Assembly (NCBI RefSeq): GCF_964355755.1
Contig: NC_092673.1
Span: 24,053,648 to 24,117,647 of the forward strand
Length of the DNA: 64,000 nt
Reading direction: 5' to 3'
Origin: Antedon mediterranea
Taxonomy: Eukaryota; Animalia; Echinodermata
Within the stretch, counting starts at the first letter, position 1. Each line of letters opens with the position of its first letter. The notes beneath the pieces were generated by a model, which was not told the origin of the DNA, did not search any database, and was given only the letters and a program-made list of their open reading frames with translations. Position numbers and translations under genes: made by a program. Of the stretch, positions 37,261 to 49,399 are shown piece by piece.

Positions 37261-38725
37261 TTCCAATCCCTGCCACTGTGAACTTTGCTATTGTTTTAGC
37301 TTTCACACCAGTCCCAGCCATGCAATTGTGTTATAATATACAGGATACTTTTTACTTGAATATTTTGTTTATCATACTATAATGGGTAGATCATTGTTGA
37401 GTTAGCTTTTTTGCATTATACCTTTCTCCTCAACTTGTAAATTCTCAACACTTCCAACTGGCGATACAACAGATGTTGTAGTTGAAAAAGTGGGCGATGG
37501 GCACCCACTTGGTTCCACTGTCGGAGTGTTAAAAGTAGGTTTGATGGTAGGTACCTCTTTGATGTCATCAATAGGCTATAAATCAATCAGTCAATTGTTA
37601 CAATATTAGTTTCTAGACTTTCTAGTTTCAATCCCTGCCACTGTGAACTTTGCTATTGTTTTAGCTTTCACACCAGTCCCAGCCATGTAATTGTGTTATA
37701 ATAATTATACAGAATACTTTTTACTTGAATATTTTGTTTATCATACTATAATGGGGAGATCATTGTTGAGTTAGCTTTTTTGCATTATACCTTTCTCCTC
37801 AACTTGTAAATTCTCAACACTTCCAACTGGCGATACAACAGATGTTGTGGTTGAAAAAGTGGGCGATGGGCACCCACTTGGTTCCACTGTCGGAGTGTTA
37901 AAAGTAGGTTTGATGGTAGGTACCTCTTTGATGTCATCAATAGGCTATAAATCAATCAGTCAATTGTTACAATATTAGTTTCTAGACTTTCTAGTTTCAA
38001 TCCCTGCCACTGTGAACTTTGCTATTGTTTTAGCTTTCACACCAGTCCCACCCATGTAATTGTGTTATAATAATACAGAATACTTTTTACTTGAATATTT
38101 TGTTTATCATACTATAATGGGTAGATCATTGTTGAGTTAGCTTTTTTGCATTATACCTCTCTCCTCAACTTGCACATTCTCAACACTTCCAACAGAGGAT
38201 ACAATGTATGTTGTGGTTGAGAAAGTGGGCGATAGGCACCCACTTGGTTCCACTGTCGGAGTGTTAAACGTTGGTTTGATGGTAGGTACCTCTTTGATGT
38301 CATCAATAGGCTATAAATCAATCAGTCAATTGTTACAATATTAGTTTCTGGACTTTCTAGTTTCAATCCCTGCCACTGTGAACTTTGCTATTGTTTTAGC
38401 TTTCACACCAGTCCCACCCATGTAATTGTGTTATAATATACAGGATACTTTTTACTTGAATATTTTGTTTATCATACTATAATGGGTAGATCATTGTTGA
38501 GTTAGCTTTTTTGCATTATACCTATCTCCTCAACTTGCACATTCTCAACACTTCCAACAGAGGATACAACGTATGTTGTGGTTGAGAAAGTGGGCGATGG
38601 GCACCCACTTGGTTCCACTGTCGGAGTGTTAAAAGTAGGTTTGATTGTAGGTTTCTCTTTGATGTCATCAATAGGCTATATATAAATCAATCAGTCATTG
38701 TCACAATATAAGTTTCCTGGACTTT
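37261..38725. repeat. Tandem repeat, ~366-bp unit x4, each carrying a 154-nt exon copy
   Basis: ATAGGCTATA recurs at 37571, 37940, 38306 and 38671. The unit is the reverse complement of ~33430-33715. Confidence 0.93.
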
Positions 38726-41621
38726 CTGCATTCTCACTCCTGACACACTGTACTATGTACATATTTTTTTCTGCGGCCACAGATAAACCCTTTGATCTCA
38801 GGAGCGCAGCGTCCTGTTTGCCTTTGTTAAACACAGCATGTTGTTTAGCTTGACAAACTTTCTACCCACTGGCGGTTAATAATCATAAACATTTTCAAAT
38901 GGTTTGTTCACTTGTCACTTCCCATTCAAGCTCTTCTCTAACATCAATGCGAGATAAGCGAGTTCATTGGTTAATAGTTCAAATATTAGACCAATCGGAT
39001 TGCAAATAGGGTGTTACTGCACTGCACTGTAGGTAAAAGTTGATGGTTAAATATTTCAAAATCGGGCTTTAGTTGTGGTGTTTTTTTCGATGCATCTTGG
39101 GGTCGGATGAATTCCAAAATGAGGTTTGAAGCGGAGGAGTCTCTGGCTGCCCATGGCATGGCAAATACAGACTCATTGGGCATTGAATAGCGATTGATGT
39201 GCGCATTCGGAATGCAGTCGGATCATGGGTTACTCGGTTTTTTGTGGGCATGCACATTGAGAACTCTATTGACAATATTGATACAGTGTGTATACATGGT
39301 CCTTTTTAGAAGGCCAACTAGGTATGCTTCGTGGTGGCACACATCTACAATTTTGTGTTGCCAATAAGAAACTAGTTATATATTTCTGTACCAAAATAAA
39401 GCATCTGAAAAGGTAAAAAAGAACGAGGAGTTTAATTTACCAAAAAGAAACACCTTGATTGCAATAAACATCTTGCATTTAATGTAATTGGTTGCCATTT
39501 TGGTTTTAAAATGTTGCCGTTAAATGACATCATTCAGGAAATAAAATGCACCATGATAACAATACATAAAGACCATTATTAACATCTGACAATGGTTTAG
39601 CAACTGTTAAAACACTGTTGCAAAAACATCAGCAAAAAAAAAACAGTGCTCTATTAGTAGTCTGTTACAGAATTGCTTTGCTTACAAATACCAAAGCATT
39701 TAGCAAAATAATGAACCTACCTCTATTATGGCTTTATCGAGAGTATTGGGTGATTTTGTTGCCATCGATTTTAACTTTTTACAACCTGAATTAAGTAAAT
39801 AACATCAAAGATTGTCATTAAGCCGACCCGCCTGCTGCATTCATTTACTGTGATTTTATGCAAATTTCTGACCAACTTCGTCTTGAGTTTGAACGGGGTG
39901 CGTTTGATTGAGAAGTTGTCAGGCTAGACTGAAGCCTGCCAAAGATTACATAACGAGTCAAACCTACTGCTTGCCGCCACGAGCATACTATTTTAGCTAC
40001 ACCGCCGAACATTGAATAAACTTTGATATACAGTACATATATATGATATATTTTTAGTGTTTTATTTGTTTCGAGTTTTTGAAACATGTTTGCCAGGTCT
40101 TTAGATATTGTCCTGCTAATTTTAAACAATATTCTAATGTCACCAAAAATTCGATAATAATAATTGAAACAAAAAATCGGAAACCAATTGTCTGGAAGGC
40201 AACAGTTTTCCGGTTAAGTTTATTTTGTCTTTTTAAAGCAAAATCGTTATTTTGGTTTTTATTCCCAACGAAAATGAATAACTTGTTTAAAAGGGTTTGA
40301 TATTATCCATCTTTATTTTACCTTAACACGTTCTAAAATGATAAATGATGTTTTCAAACCTTTTAACCTTATATAACCTTACATAATGTATTTAATAATA
40401 TTATTAAGATCAAATATGGATTTATTGACTTTCAATACTACCTATTGTATTGTATAGACTATCATACTATGATACTTTAAATTACTTTTTTTTTGCAATA
40501 ATTTGTTTAACCTTCAGAACGTTATGTTTATATGAAAATATGTATTTTCAGATATAATATTATTATTTCTATTGCCTTGATATAATTGGCTTATTTTCAA
40601 TACCTTTATACTTTGTAAATATGTAATAACAAACTAGCTTCTATTTTAATTGGAAACAAACTAATTAGTTGTTCACTGTACAGTCAAATGTAGCTCAAAC
40701 ATAGAGATAGTATAGTATCCGAGTATGTATCCGATTTTAATAAGGTCTGTTAAAACGGGTTTTGACATTCTGAAATAAAAATGGTTTTAGTTTAAAAATA
40801 TACTGCCCTCTGTCGGCGGAATAAAGTTTGTTTCTTCAGGGATTAGCGAGATCGCGATTTCAACTCCTAGAAATAAAAAATCCTTGATTGACGCCCTATG
40901 CTATGATTTAATGCAAATTAATGGTGTACATTTATCGGCGTGGTAATTGTATAAAGTTTCTTTATCCTATGACTAGAATTAATATGATGAAAGTTTAAGC
41001 TAAAAATCGTGCTTTTTAACCTTTTGTCACCTGATAAGAAGTTCTGATTCAAACAAGGCCAAATAACACCGAAAACAACACGTTTTTTTATTGACAATAT
41101 AATACCGGTAATAGCCAGAGTTGTGTATTTCAATGCATCTCAATTGAGGTGTGAAATTATACGATTTAAATGTCTTAGTGAATAAGCCAAAGATTAGGCC
41201 TACGATATATTGGAGGTTGAAGTAGTAATTATTTGAGTACCGTATAAATACGGCAACACCTTTAAGTCGATTGCTTGAGAGTAATTCAGTTCGAATGATT
41301 TCAAATCACCAAAGGAATTTAACAGAGAGTTGTTGTGAACAACTCTCTGAATAGCTTTCGTTTTTAAGCTACAACTGCCGCTTCCTCCGTCCCCTCCCTC
41401 TTCATAACAATTAGGCCTAGTAAATACGATTAGTCACCCGAAACTCGTTTATCTTTCCGGTAAAACGCGACATTTCAATAATCCACATGTTGCATAATAC
41501 CTTGTGTAAATTACAAAATATGTTCCCACTTCGCTTGCATGCCGTGGGTGTTTAATCATTAAGAGGGCGTCGTTATTATCTGAAACTCTAAAAAATGAAG
41601 ACGGAGCGTGCTCGAGAGTTA

Positions 41622-41736
41622 GGACGGGCGGTTGAGCGAAAGCCCGCGCGCCACAGGATAGATACAGAGATATTTACGCCGGACAAGCTACGCGATTTTC
41701 CGCTTACCGTTAACGATCGTCTGTGTAAATTAGTCT
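41622..41736. mobile_element. Right half of a family-A Harbinger-type element
   Basis: GACGGGCGG..AGGATAGATAC..GGACAAGCTACGC..TTACCGTTAACGATCGTCTGTGTAAATTAGTCT|TAG. Colinear with the right half of 5673-5856. Confidence 0.75.
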
Positions 41737-44446
41737 TAGTATTTCTATGAGAATGCTTCATTTATACTTTCATTACCTATACTGTAAATCCACATTTGGC
41801 TTTTGTCAGATCATAGGCAGATTCTATGATAGGCCCTACAGTATTCTGTATAATGCTTAGACTATGGAGTAGGATACTGCAGTACTGACGCGTGTCGTAA
41901 TATTTTGTGTTTGTTTCTGTTCATCATTTATTAATTCGGAATGTGAGACAGTATGGATCCATGAATCCGTATGAATTACTGGCCCTCCAGTTAACCCCTT
42001 TTTATTTTGAAGGAAATTCTCGTGCATGCTTTTAACGATTAAAATATAAGAATTATTGGCACTATTTTTTCAGAAGCACTGTCACCCAAACGTTGTTCAC
42101 GCGGTTGAGTCATTCAACTTCGTGCTGCTGTCTATAAGACATTTAAGGCCCTGGGAAAAGAGGCATGTTAGCTGCAGAATTGTGCGTGAGCACATGTCAG
42201 ATTATGGATTATGTTGACATCCTAAGCTCAGGAGTAAAAAAAAACCTTGCATACTGATTCGAAATGTGATAATTAAATGGTTACCAGAGACCATGAGACA
42301 TTTTGTTATATTAAATAATTATAGCACTTCCTGTTTGATTATTCATATTTTATTGTGTTGCTAGGGTTATAAATAATTAAATTACAAGTTTATCATAAAA
42401 GCCTAATTTGAAAAACATATTTGATACAATGATGTCATTTATGTTAACTAAATTATTTACATATTTCTCGTTAGGCACTATTCTTTTTAAAAATACAGAA
42501 TGAGATACAACAATAACAGTAAGGTATAACGAGGCGCAATAGCACATTACTGTCTTAAGCCTGGTTCGAACTATGACGAACTCAACGAAATAAGTACATT
42601 GGTCAATTAAAGTGAGTTGACCATCACAAGCGACTTTGGATGATCGATTCCGTCGTGATTGGTCAAATTACTTGCGGCGTACTCACTCGTCCGTGTGTTG
42701 CGTGGGAACTAATTAAGCTTGAGTAGTAACTTGGTTCCCACTAGAACGCAACGCAAGGACGTAAACGCAACGTAAGTGAGTTGATCAATCACAAGCGATG
42801 GATTATTCAAACTGTCGTTTGTCATTGGTCAACACGCTCTTCGTTGCGTTTACATACGTTCCAAGTTAAGCTTAAGTAACTGAACTTTTGTTTTGATTTT
42901 TCGCGGAAGTCAGCACTTGATTCTCCCTCCTTCTTCTTAAATGTTAGCTGCAGTTGTTGAAAATAGGGTACAGTAGTTGTTCCTTTTTGTAGCCCAAACA
43001 TTAGCGATTTAAAGCTTGGCGCCAAAACTAGTTAGTTCTTCGCTCTCCGAGAAAATGAAATTTGTAGGCACAACCGTTACAACCTCTTCCTAAACGTAAA
43101 TGAAATTACCGGGCTTCCTTCGTATTAAGTACGCAGACAACGTTATTAAGTTTTCTGTATGCCAAATACACATTGAAACTCAGACAGAGTTTCAAGAGTA
43201 TGCGTATTAACTGACATTTATTGCTCGTTTCTTAGTTTTACTTTCACAACCAAGTCTATAAAAAGGGGATTATAAATGTGCGCGTTAATTAACTCTGCGT
43301 TGTTCGTACGCTTAGAGATAAATTAAATTAGGCAATCTATAAGTGCAACGTCCTTATTCCATAACAACATAATGCTTTACAAAAAACAGGTCTACTACTG
43401 TTTATGAAAATAGAGACCTACTTCGAATGTGAAAGTTGTCCCTTTATAATCCATTTATAATACACGCCCTCTATAGTTTTAAAGTTGTAAACTTTTTTTA
43501 TACTTTTGAAAGAAAATTTCGTATGCATGGTGCTCAATTGTTTATTTTTTTTATTCAATATCTAAAAATATATTTCGTAAAATGTTCGAATATATGATCA
43601 ATATATTTGAAAATAACATAAATTTGAAATCTTCGTTAATTTTCTAATACGGTAATAATTATATACAATTATATAAATAATGCACAATGAAACGTATTTA
43701 ACACACAGTCATGATATATAAAATACTATATAATATTTACAAATATATGAAAATACTTATGCTAATTATTATAGAATACCAAATTCAGATTTTTTTTAAA
43801 ATATGGTACGAAGTGCGGTTGTTGCGTTTGATATGTATACAGTATAGGTTAAAAATAATTATAGAGATAACCCATTTTAAATCGGTTCTAATACCAGTGC
43901 AAGAAGTACAAATCAGCAATTTGCAGCCAGTTGCTGAAAATTCAGTACATAAGAATAAATTAAATTGAACAGATCACTTTAAAGATAATTTAATTTATTT
44001 TAAATCTTCACGTGACAATGTTTACCATTAGTCAATGGACTTACTCATCTTTTTGGTAATTGGCTGAATTGGTTGAATCAACATTTTAACCGGTGTCTTA
44101 TTAAGTAAATCGAACGAAGCCGGTGCTAACAACTATTACAATCTATCGGTCCATTTGACATTCAACCAACACGTCAATCAATCAATCACAAAGGCATTAA
44201 TTTGTTAACGAGTATACTTTTGATCGACGAGTTCATGAACTCGCATCTATTTGTTGACCGATATTTGACCTATTTGGTCACAATTACAAGCAGTTACGAA
44301 ACGGCATAACACGATTGGCAACATTCATTATACCAGCATTACGTAACAACTAATTACATTTGATAAATTAAACCAATTATGAGTACAATGGAAAGAGGCT
44401 GCCTTTAAAGAGAATAAATCTAAGCCTAAATTGAATGCTTAAGTTA

Positions 44447-44590
44447 TCTTCTCGGATAAAGACTATAAACCAGTGTACACAAAATGCACATGTGCACTTT
44501 ATTAAAGAACCTAGTACATCTTCCGAGGCGAGTAGGGATGTTACCCCGGTGTACTAGCTCACACAGTCACTGTCACACACAGCCATTACT
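44447..44590 (+). mobile_element. SINE core fragment (same family as 52607-52982)
   Basis: TCTTCTCGGATAA..ACTATAAACC..AAAGAACCTAGTACATCTT..TTACCCCGGTGTACTAG is shared with the full copy. Confidence 0.75.
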
Positions 44591-44894
44591 TAAAAGTAGG
44601 CCTTCTGTAGGCCTCCTAGTTCCGTAATAACCAATGTGTTAATTGTGAAACTTACGACGATGAAGAAATTAATTTAACATTCAACCTTGACAGGCGCCAT
44701 ATGTGATATGATACTGAATTACAGAATGTTTCTATGATACATTTGGACTATGTGGAAATACTGTTCAGAGAGAATCTATACATTTAAACACAGACTGTAA
44801 ATAGAAATGTAATCAACCATGTATTGCATGTTCTCCAGATAAGAAATCAACGCCATTTTGCAAAGGTGAAATACGTCTGAACCCGGTTTAATTA

Positions 44895-46007
44895 TTACGG
44901 ATGTTTAAACATCAGGTGAAAAACACATATGCACCCGACGACTGACCTTGCGATTATTGCGAGAAATACTTTCAACATGACATCCATCATACAACAGAAT
45001 TGATATATATTTGTTAGTACTTCCAAATTTGAAAGATACTCGATGGAAATTGATGAAGAGGAACTTGGTGCCCTCTGCTGCACTGATCCACATATGCACG
45101 TTTCTACAATAGTTTGAGACTTTTCTTTTACCTTAAGTTTGGCATTCACCTCAGATGAAACTTCCGGTCTGCAATTTACTACCTCTTCCGTGTTTCTTTC
45201 TTCCAATTTCGACGTATCAATCCTCTCTTTCCTTCTTCTCCTTCTCTTCCGAGAGTCAATATTCAAAACATCCCCGTTCAGTTCAATCAACCCTTTGCCT
45301 TTACGAGTTTTGACTAAATCCTTAAGTTTTAATAACTCGCAATTAACGAATTTCATTTTTTCTGACATTTTGTTTACTTCGTCTTCCAACTGTTTTTTCT
45401 CGTATTCAGTTTCTTCAAGCTTGCTTTTAATTTGTTTTAATTCCAAAATATTCCAGCAAAGATGGTTATTTTCGTCTTCAAGTTTTCGCGTATATTGTTG
45501 CTCCTCGGACATTGCTCTTTGAAATGTGTCAGTAACCTGTGACATGATAGTATCCAAAGTGAGCTGTTCACCTGAGTTGTTGGTTTGTTCCCCCATTTTA
45601 CTGCTGCAGACGATGGATCTATCGCTAAATTCAACATCGGCACTATCGCAGCTAGATCTGCTGCCGTTATCATTACCATGTGTGCGTTCATCAAAAGGGT
45701 ACACTTGTTTCCCGTTTGCAAAAACCTTTTCACCGCAGTCTAACAAAACAACAGTTTTCTTTTTTACCTCCTGGTAGTAAATCTTAAAACTGCAACCTTT
45801 AAATTTCTCGTTATAAATTAGTTTCGAACTTCCGCCGCCAAAACTGTTTCCAAACGATTGTGGTCTGGACGCGTGCTGGTGTCGTCTGCCTCTTGATAGT
45901 TTGTCTCGTTTGTGTACGCTGTACATCCTCATCGGGGCATCTTGTTCGATACCACTTTCAACCTCACTCATTTTGCTACCTCTGACTAGAGAATGTTGTG
46001 AGCCCAT
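44895..46007 (-). CDS. Uncharacterised ~370-aa coiled-coil protein with N-myristoylation motif (MGSQHS); paralog of 9054-10691
   Basis: The ATG at 46007 has the same CAAG-ATG-GG context as the paralog. It shares the block SKLIY..CSFKIY..KTVVLLDCGEKVFANGKQVYPFD and the helix LDTIMSQVTDTF..RKLEDEN. Confidence 0.8.
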   Translation of the reverse strand: MGSQHSLVRGSKMSEVESGIEQDAPMRMYSVHKRDKLSRGRRHQHASRPQSFGNSFGGGSSKLIYNEKFKGCSFKIYYQEVKKKTVVLLDCGEKVFANGKQVYPFDERTHGNDNGSRSSCDSADVEFSDRSIVCSSKMGEQTNNSGEQLTLDTIMSQVTDTFQRAMSEEQQYTRKLEDENNHLCWNILELKQIKSKLEETEYEKKQLEDEVNKMSEKMKFVNCELLKLKDLVKTRKGKGLIELNGDVLNIDSRKRRRRRKERIDTSKLEERNTEEVVNCRPEVSSEVNAKLKVKEKSQTIVETCICGSVQQRAPSSSSSISIEYLSNLEVLTNIYQFCCMMDVMLKVFLAIIARSVVGCICVFHLMFKHP

Positions 46008-47021
46008 CTTGTATCCAGCAACGTGTACAAAAGAAAGTACCGTATCACAGTACACAGCAAAACAAGTTTGCAACCGATCGCTTGAGAGCAAATGTCTGAG
46101 TTCCGATTCACATCCGTGCAATATATACCTTGTTAAATGTCAACAACACTGCTTAGATATCCAAAGACTTATACAATTATCAACCGATTGCAGTCGATCA
46201 GCCCTGGCTTTTTATCTACCTTCTAATCCAAATCATTCAGTTGGCTGGTCGCCATCATTTTGTTTTTTGCTAGGTCCCATTTGGCGGACGTGACGCGCTT
46301 CCTAACCCGTGTTTTGAGTATAAGAGAGAAAAAAATCATCTGTTTTGTCAAATAAAACCTTATGACTTTGATATTAAGAATTTTTTAATGAAAATTTCAA
46401 AGTCACGTGATTTAATAATATTCTGAACGGTACCGGGCAGTTCCGTATACGGGTTTATTTGTCAATAGTTACTAATTATAGCAATCAGAGACAGCGAATC
46501 TGTTATTTAACCATACGTCTAGAACAATGATTGTAAAACCTTCAAACAAATATTGCATATGTGCATGGTTTTATTCAAATATGCCAGTTTCAGTAACATT
46601 AAAACTAGGATTAACGCTGGAAGTTTACTACTGAGCTGGTATTAAAACCGGGACAGAAATTATATTTGACAAAGCACCATATACAAAATAACAATAGCAA
46701 CAAATAAATGCAAATTTGAAGCATGGTAATGAGGTAAACATGATAAAATAAGAGATTGTTATTGAATGAATGCCATTTCGATATCTTAAGCTGGTTCGCA
46801 CTGTACTTGGACCAGAGAGATGTAATAAGCTTTCGGCTATATAATATCATTGACTTGGACGCAACTACTCAATGACAAGGGCGCAACTCAAATGAGGTGA
46901 CCAACTACAAGCCACAATCCACGGATGGTGCATCGCGTCATCGTCAATCATTGGGGTCAAATTACTTGCGTTGCGTCCTAATGGAAACCTACAAGCGTTA
47001 TCTGCTACATTTCACATACAA

Positions 47022-49067
47022 ATAACTAACCTTGATGTTCTGCGACAGTTGTTAATGCAGGTAAATTAGGCATACGTATGTATCATTACAAGATCATTTT
47101 CCCTGCTACAAGTTGCAATTGAAGAATTTTCATCACATAAAAACGAAATATAAATTAGACCTAATCTGAAATCTGATTTTTGTTCTCAGATTTAAATAAA
47201 TTAAACAAGATCATCATCATCATCTGAGTTATATTAATGAACTCATCAACGTTATCTTGTCATGTTTGACACGATATCATATCCGAGTTAATTTTTCCAA
47301 CATTTTAAAGAAGATGATAAATTACAGTACCTAATTCAAACTTTCAATTTAAGTTGCTTTAAAAGCCATTAAGTGAAAAGGCACACAGTTGAACCATGGT
47401 GTGTGTGATCATCAAATCTGCTAAGCCCTTCAGTTGAAGGGAAAAAACACTTCACATACGTATGGTACAACTTAGAAATACATAATTAATATAATAAAGT
47501 AGGCCTACGAATGTGTCTGAAAGTCTTTTGGCCGTGGACAGATGAATTCTTAATCGAGTAATTAAACTATAATGTATTTAGCCTAACGTATTTGCTTTCA
47601 TTTTCACTCTTAATAACATAATAAGCATGGTCAGCGTTCATTTCCCCGACAGCTGTATTTTTTATCTAATTTTTTTACGTTGCAAATACTATACCTGAAA
47701 GGTTGAAATAAACATCAATAGTAATAATAATATTAGAACACCACAACACAATTAGGGACACCTTCGAAACCCAAAAATTGTCCACTGGGGGGGGGGGGGG
47801 AGGGGGGTATCCTTTAATAAATGTCCCACTAAGGAGGGGTTTTATACTGTAGACACGGTACTAACTAGAGATTAAAATGAGATTGGAAGTAAAACTAAGT
47901 GCTAAGTCCGTCCGTATTTAGTCTTAGTTTCTATTGAATATTTTGATTTAAAACCATTTTTATTTAAAGCGAAACAGACAACAAAGTGTTAAAGGCCAGG
48001 TGCGGGCAAAAAATTTCTATTGATCATACATTCCAATAATTATCGATCTATAGTTTCCCCTATGTTTCATAATTTTTGGGATTTTATTTGTGTTTACACA
48101 AGCTTTTTGAAAATTACCACTTTCTTATCAGATAGTTCAAATTACACAGTAAAATCTCTATTCTTTTGTACACAAATTTTGAAAATAGAGAGGCATTTTA
48201 AAAAGCTATGAAAAATAAACGGTGTGGTAAAAAATGTTATCAGATGACTAAATATAGGTAATATAACTTGAATTTTACATTTCTGGTATTTTTATTCAAC
48301 TTTAGAATTTTATTTTCATGTTATAGCAAAAATTATCCACCGTATATCCACTATCTTTTTTCACCTTCTAGGGAGTCACCAGACATGTTATTACATTATG
48401 TTAACTACCTATCTACTGAAAAAAAGTCTTCCTAGTTTTTTTGGCAGAATTTTGCCAAATTTTGTATTTGACCATAATAGGGGAAATTCATGTTTTTTCG
48501 TCTTGATTTCTGTTACAAATATTAGATTTATGTACAATTAACCAGATATTATGTTTAAAATTCATGCCTGTACCTGAGCTTTAAAATGGATTAGGTATTC
48601 CCTGTCCATTTTTTACTTCTCACAACCGAGAGGGAGACTTGTTATATTACTACTAATTTCACCATGACCCGTGACTCAACAAGTCAAAGTTTTTATAGCG
48701 AACACGCAGAGAGGGCGGCAGTCGGAACTTCCTAATAAAACTCAATGTTGAATGTAACGTCGATTAGAATACCGCAAACATGACTAGTTTGGTTTTCCCA
48801 TAACATCTATTCTATATTAGCTTTAAATACAATTAGTTTTGGTTTATCTATAGGCCTAATATATTAATAGTAATGACCATTTCACGGACATCGGGATTTA
48901 TAAAAACAATCGGTGAAGATTTTCCAAACAGGAAATTTTTTGTGTAAATGGTTTACTCTTAAATTGCCAATTGTATCAGGGAAAATTATCTAGCAATGAT
49001 AATATATACGTATGCCTTTATATTTACCTGTATAAACACCTGTCGCAGAACATCAAGTTATAGTTAT
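47022..49067. mobile_element. Old long-TIR (foldback-like) element, ~105-bp inverted arms
   Basis: 47022-47128 (ATAACT..CTTGATGTTCTGCGACAG..CAGGTAAAT..AGGCATACGTAT..TTTTCCCTG) is the diverged reverse complement of ~48955-49067. Confidence 0.6.
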
Positions 49068-49399
49068 ACTAATCTTATAGGCCTATTGTTGCCTGGGGCC
49101 GCGCGGCTTGTTCCTGTGATGGCTCCTAAATAAGTAAAAGCAGTGTTCACTCTTCCTGGTGGTGGTAAATCATGTAACAGGAACAGTCTTGTTTTCTTCA
49201 CAAACTCATATCTGCTGACGTTTGTAAAATTAAAATCCTTATGTACATTTAGTAGGCTCATAGTTTATTTACTGGATGTTAACGTTATACTACATTTCAA
49301 ATGTTAACTAATTATAATTATGTAATTTCCGTCCGTACTTCGTGAAGCATTTGGCGTTTGTTGACCAAATGTCCGGGTAAGAAATTAAAAAAAACCACA

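Larger units (their letters stand above)
36880..39765 (-). pseudogene. Inverted, decayed paralog of the CCC gene with a different 5' part
   Basis: 36900-37165 is the reverse complement of exon 4 (VEPSASPVVDRDSP..PDPMEIAMNILNSGKCEFPP) with a stop and a frameshift. Four copies of exon 3 lie upstream. The putative first exon is 39765-39721 (MATKSPNTLDKAIIE|GTAGGT), followed by a stop-interrupted exon starting at 39404. Confidence 0.65.

Noticed and set aside
17083-41621. Single giant Helitron or Polinton as the interrupting block
   Set aside because: No Rep/helicase, polymerase B, integrase or capsid ORFs, and no diagnostic termini at the junctions.
46008-46121. N-terminal 38 aa of the 408-aa ORF in the track
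   Set aside because: It starts at a non-ATG codon. The ATG at 46007 matches the paralog's start context and exposes the MGxxxS motif.
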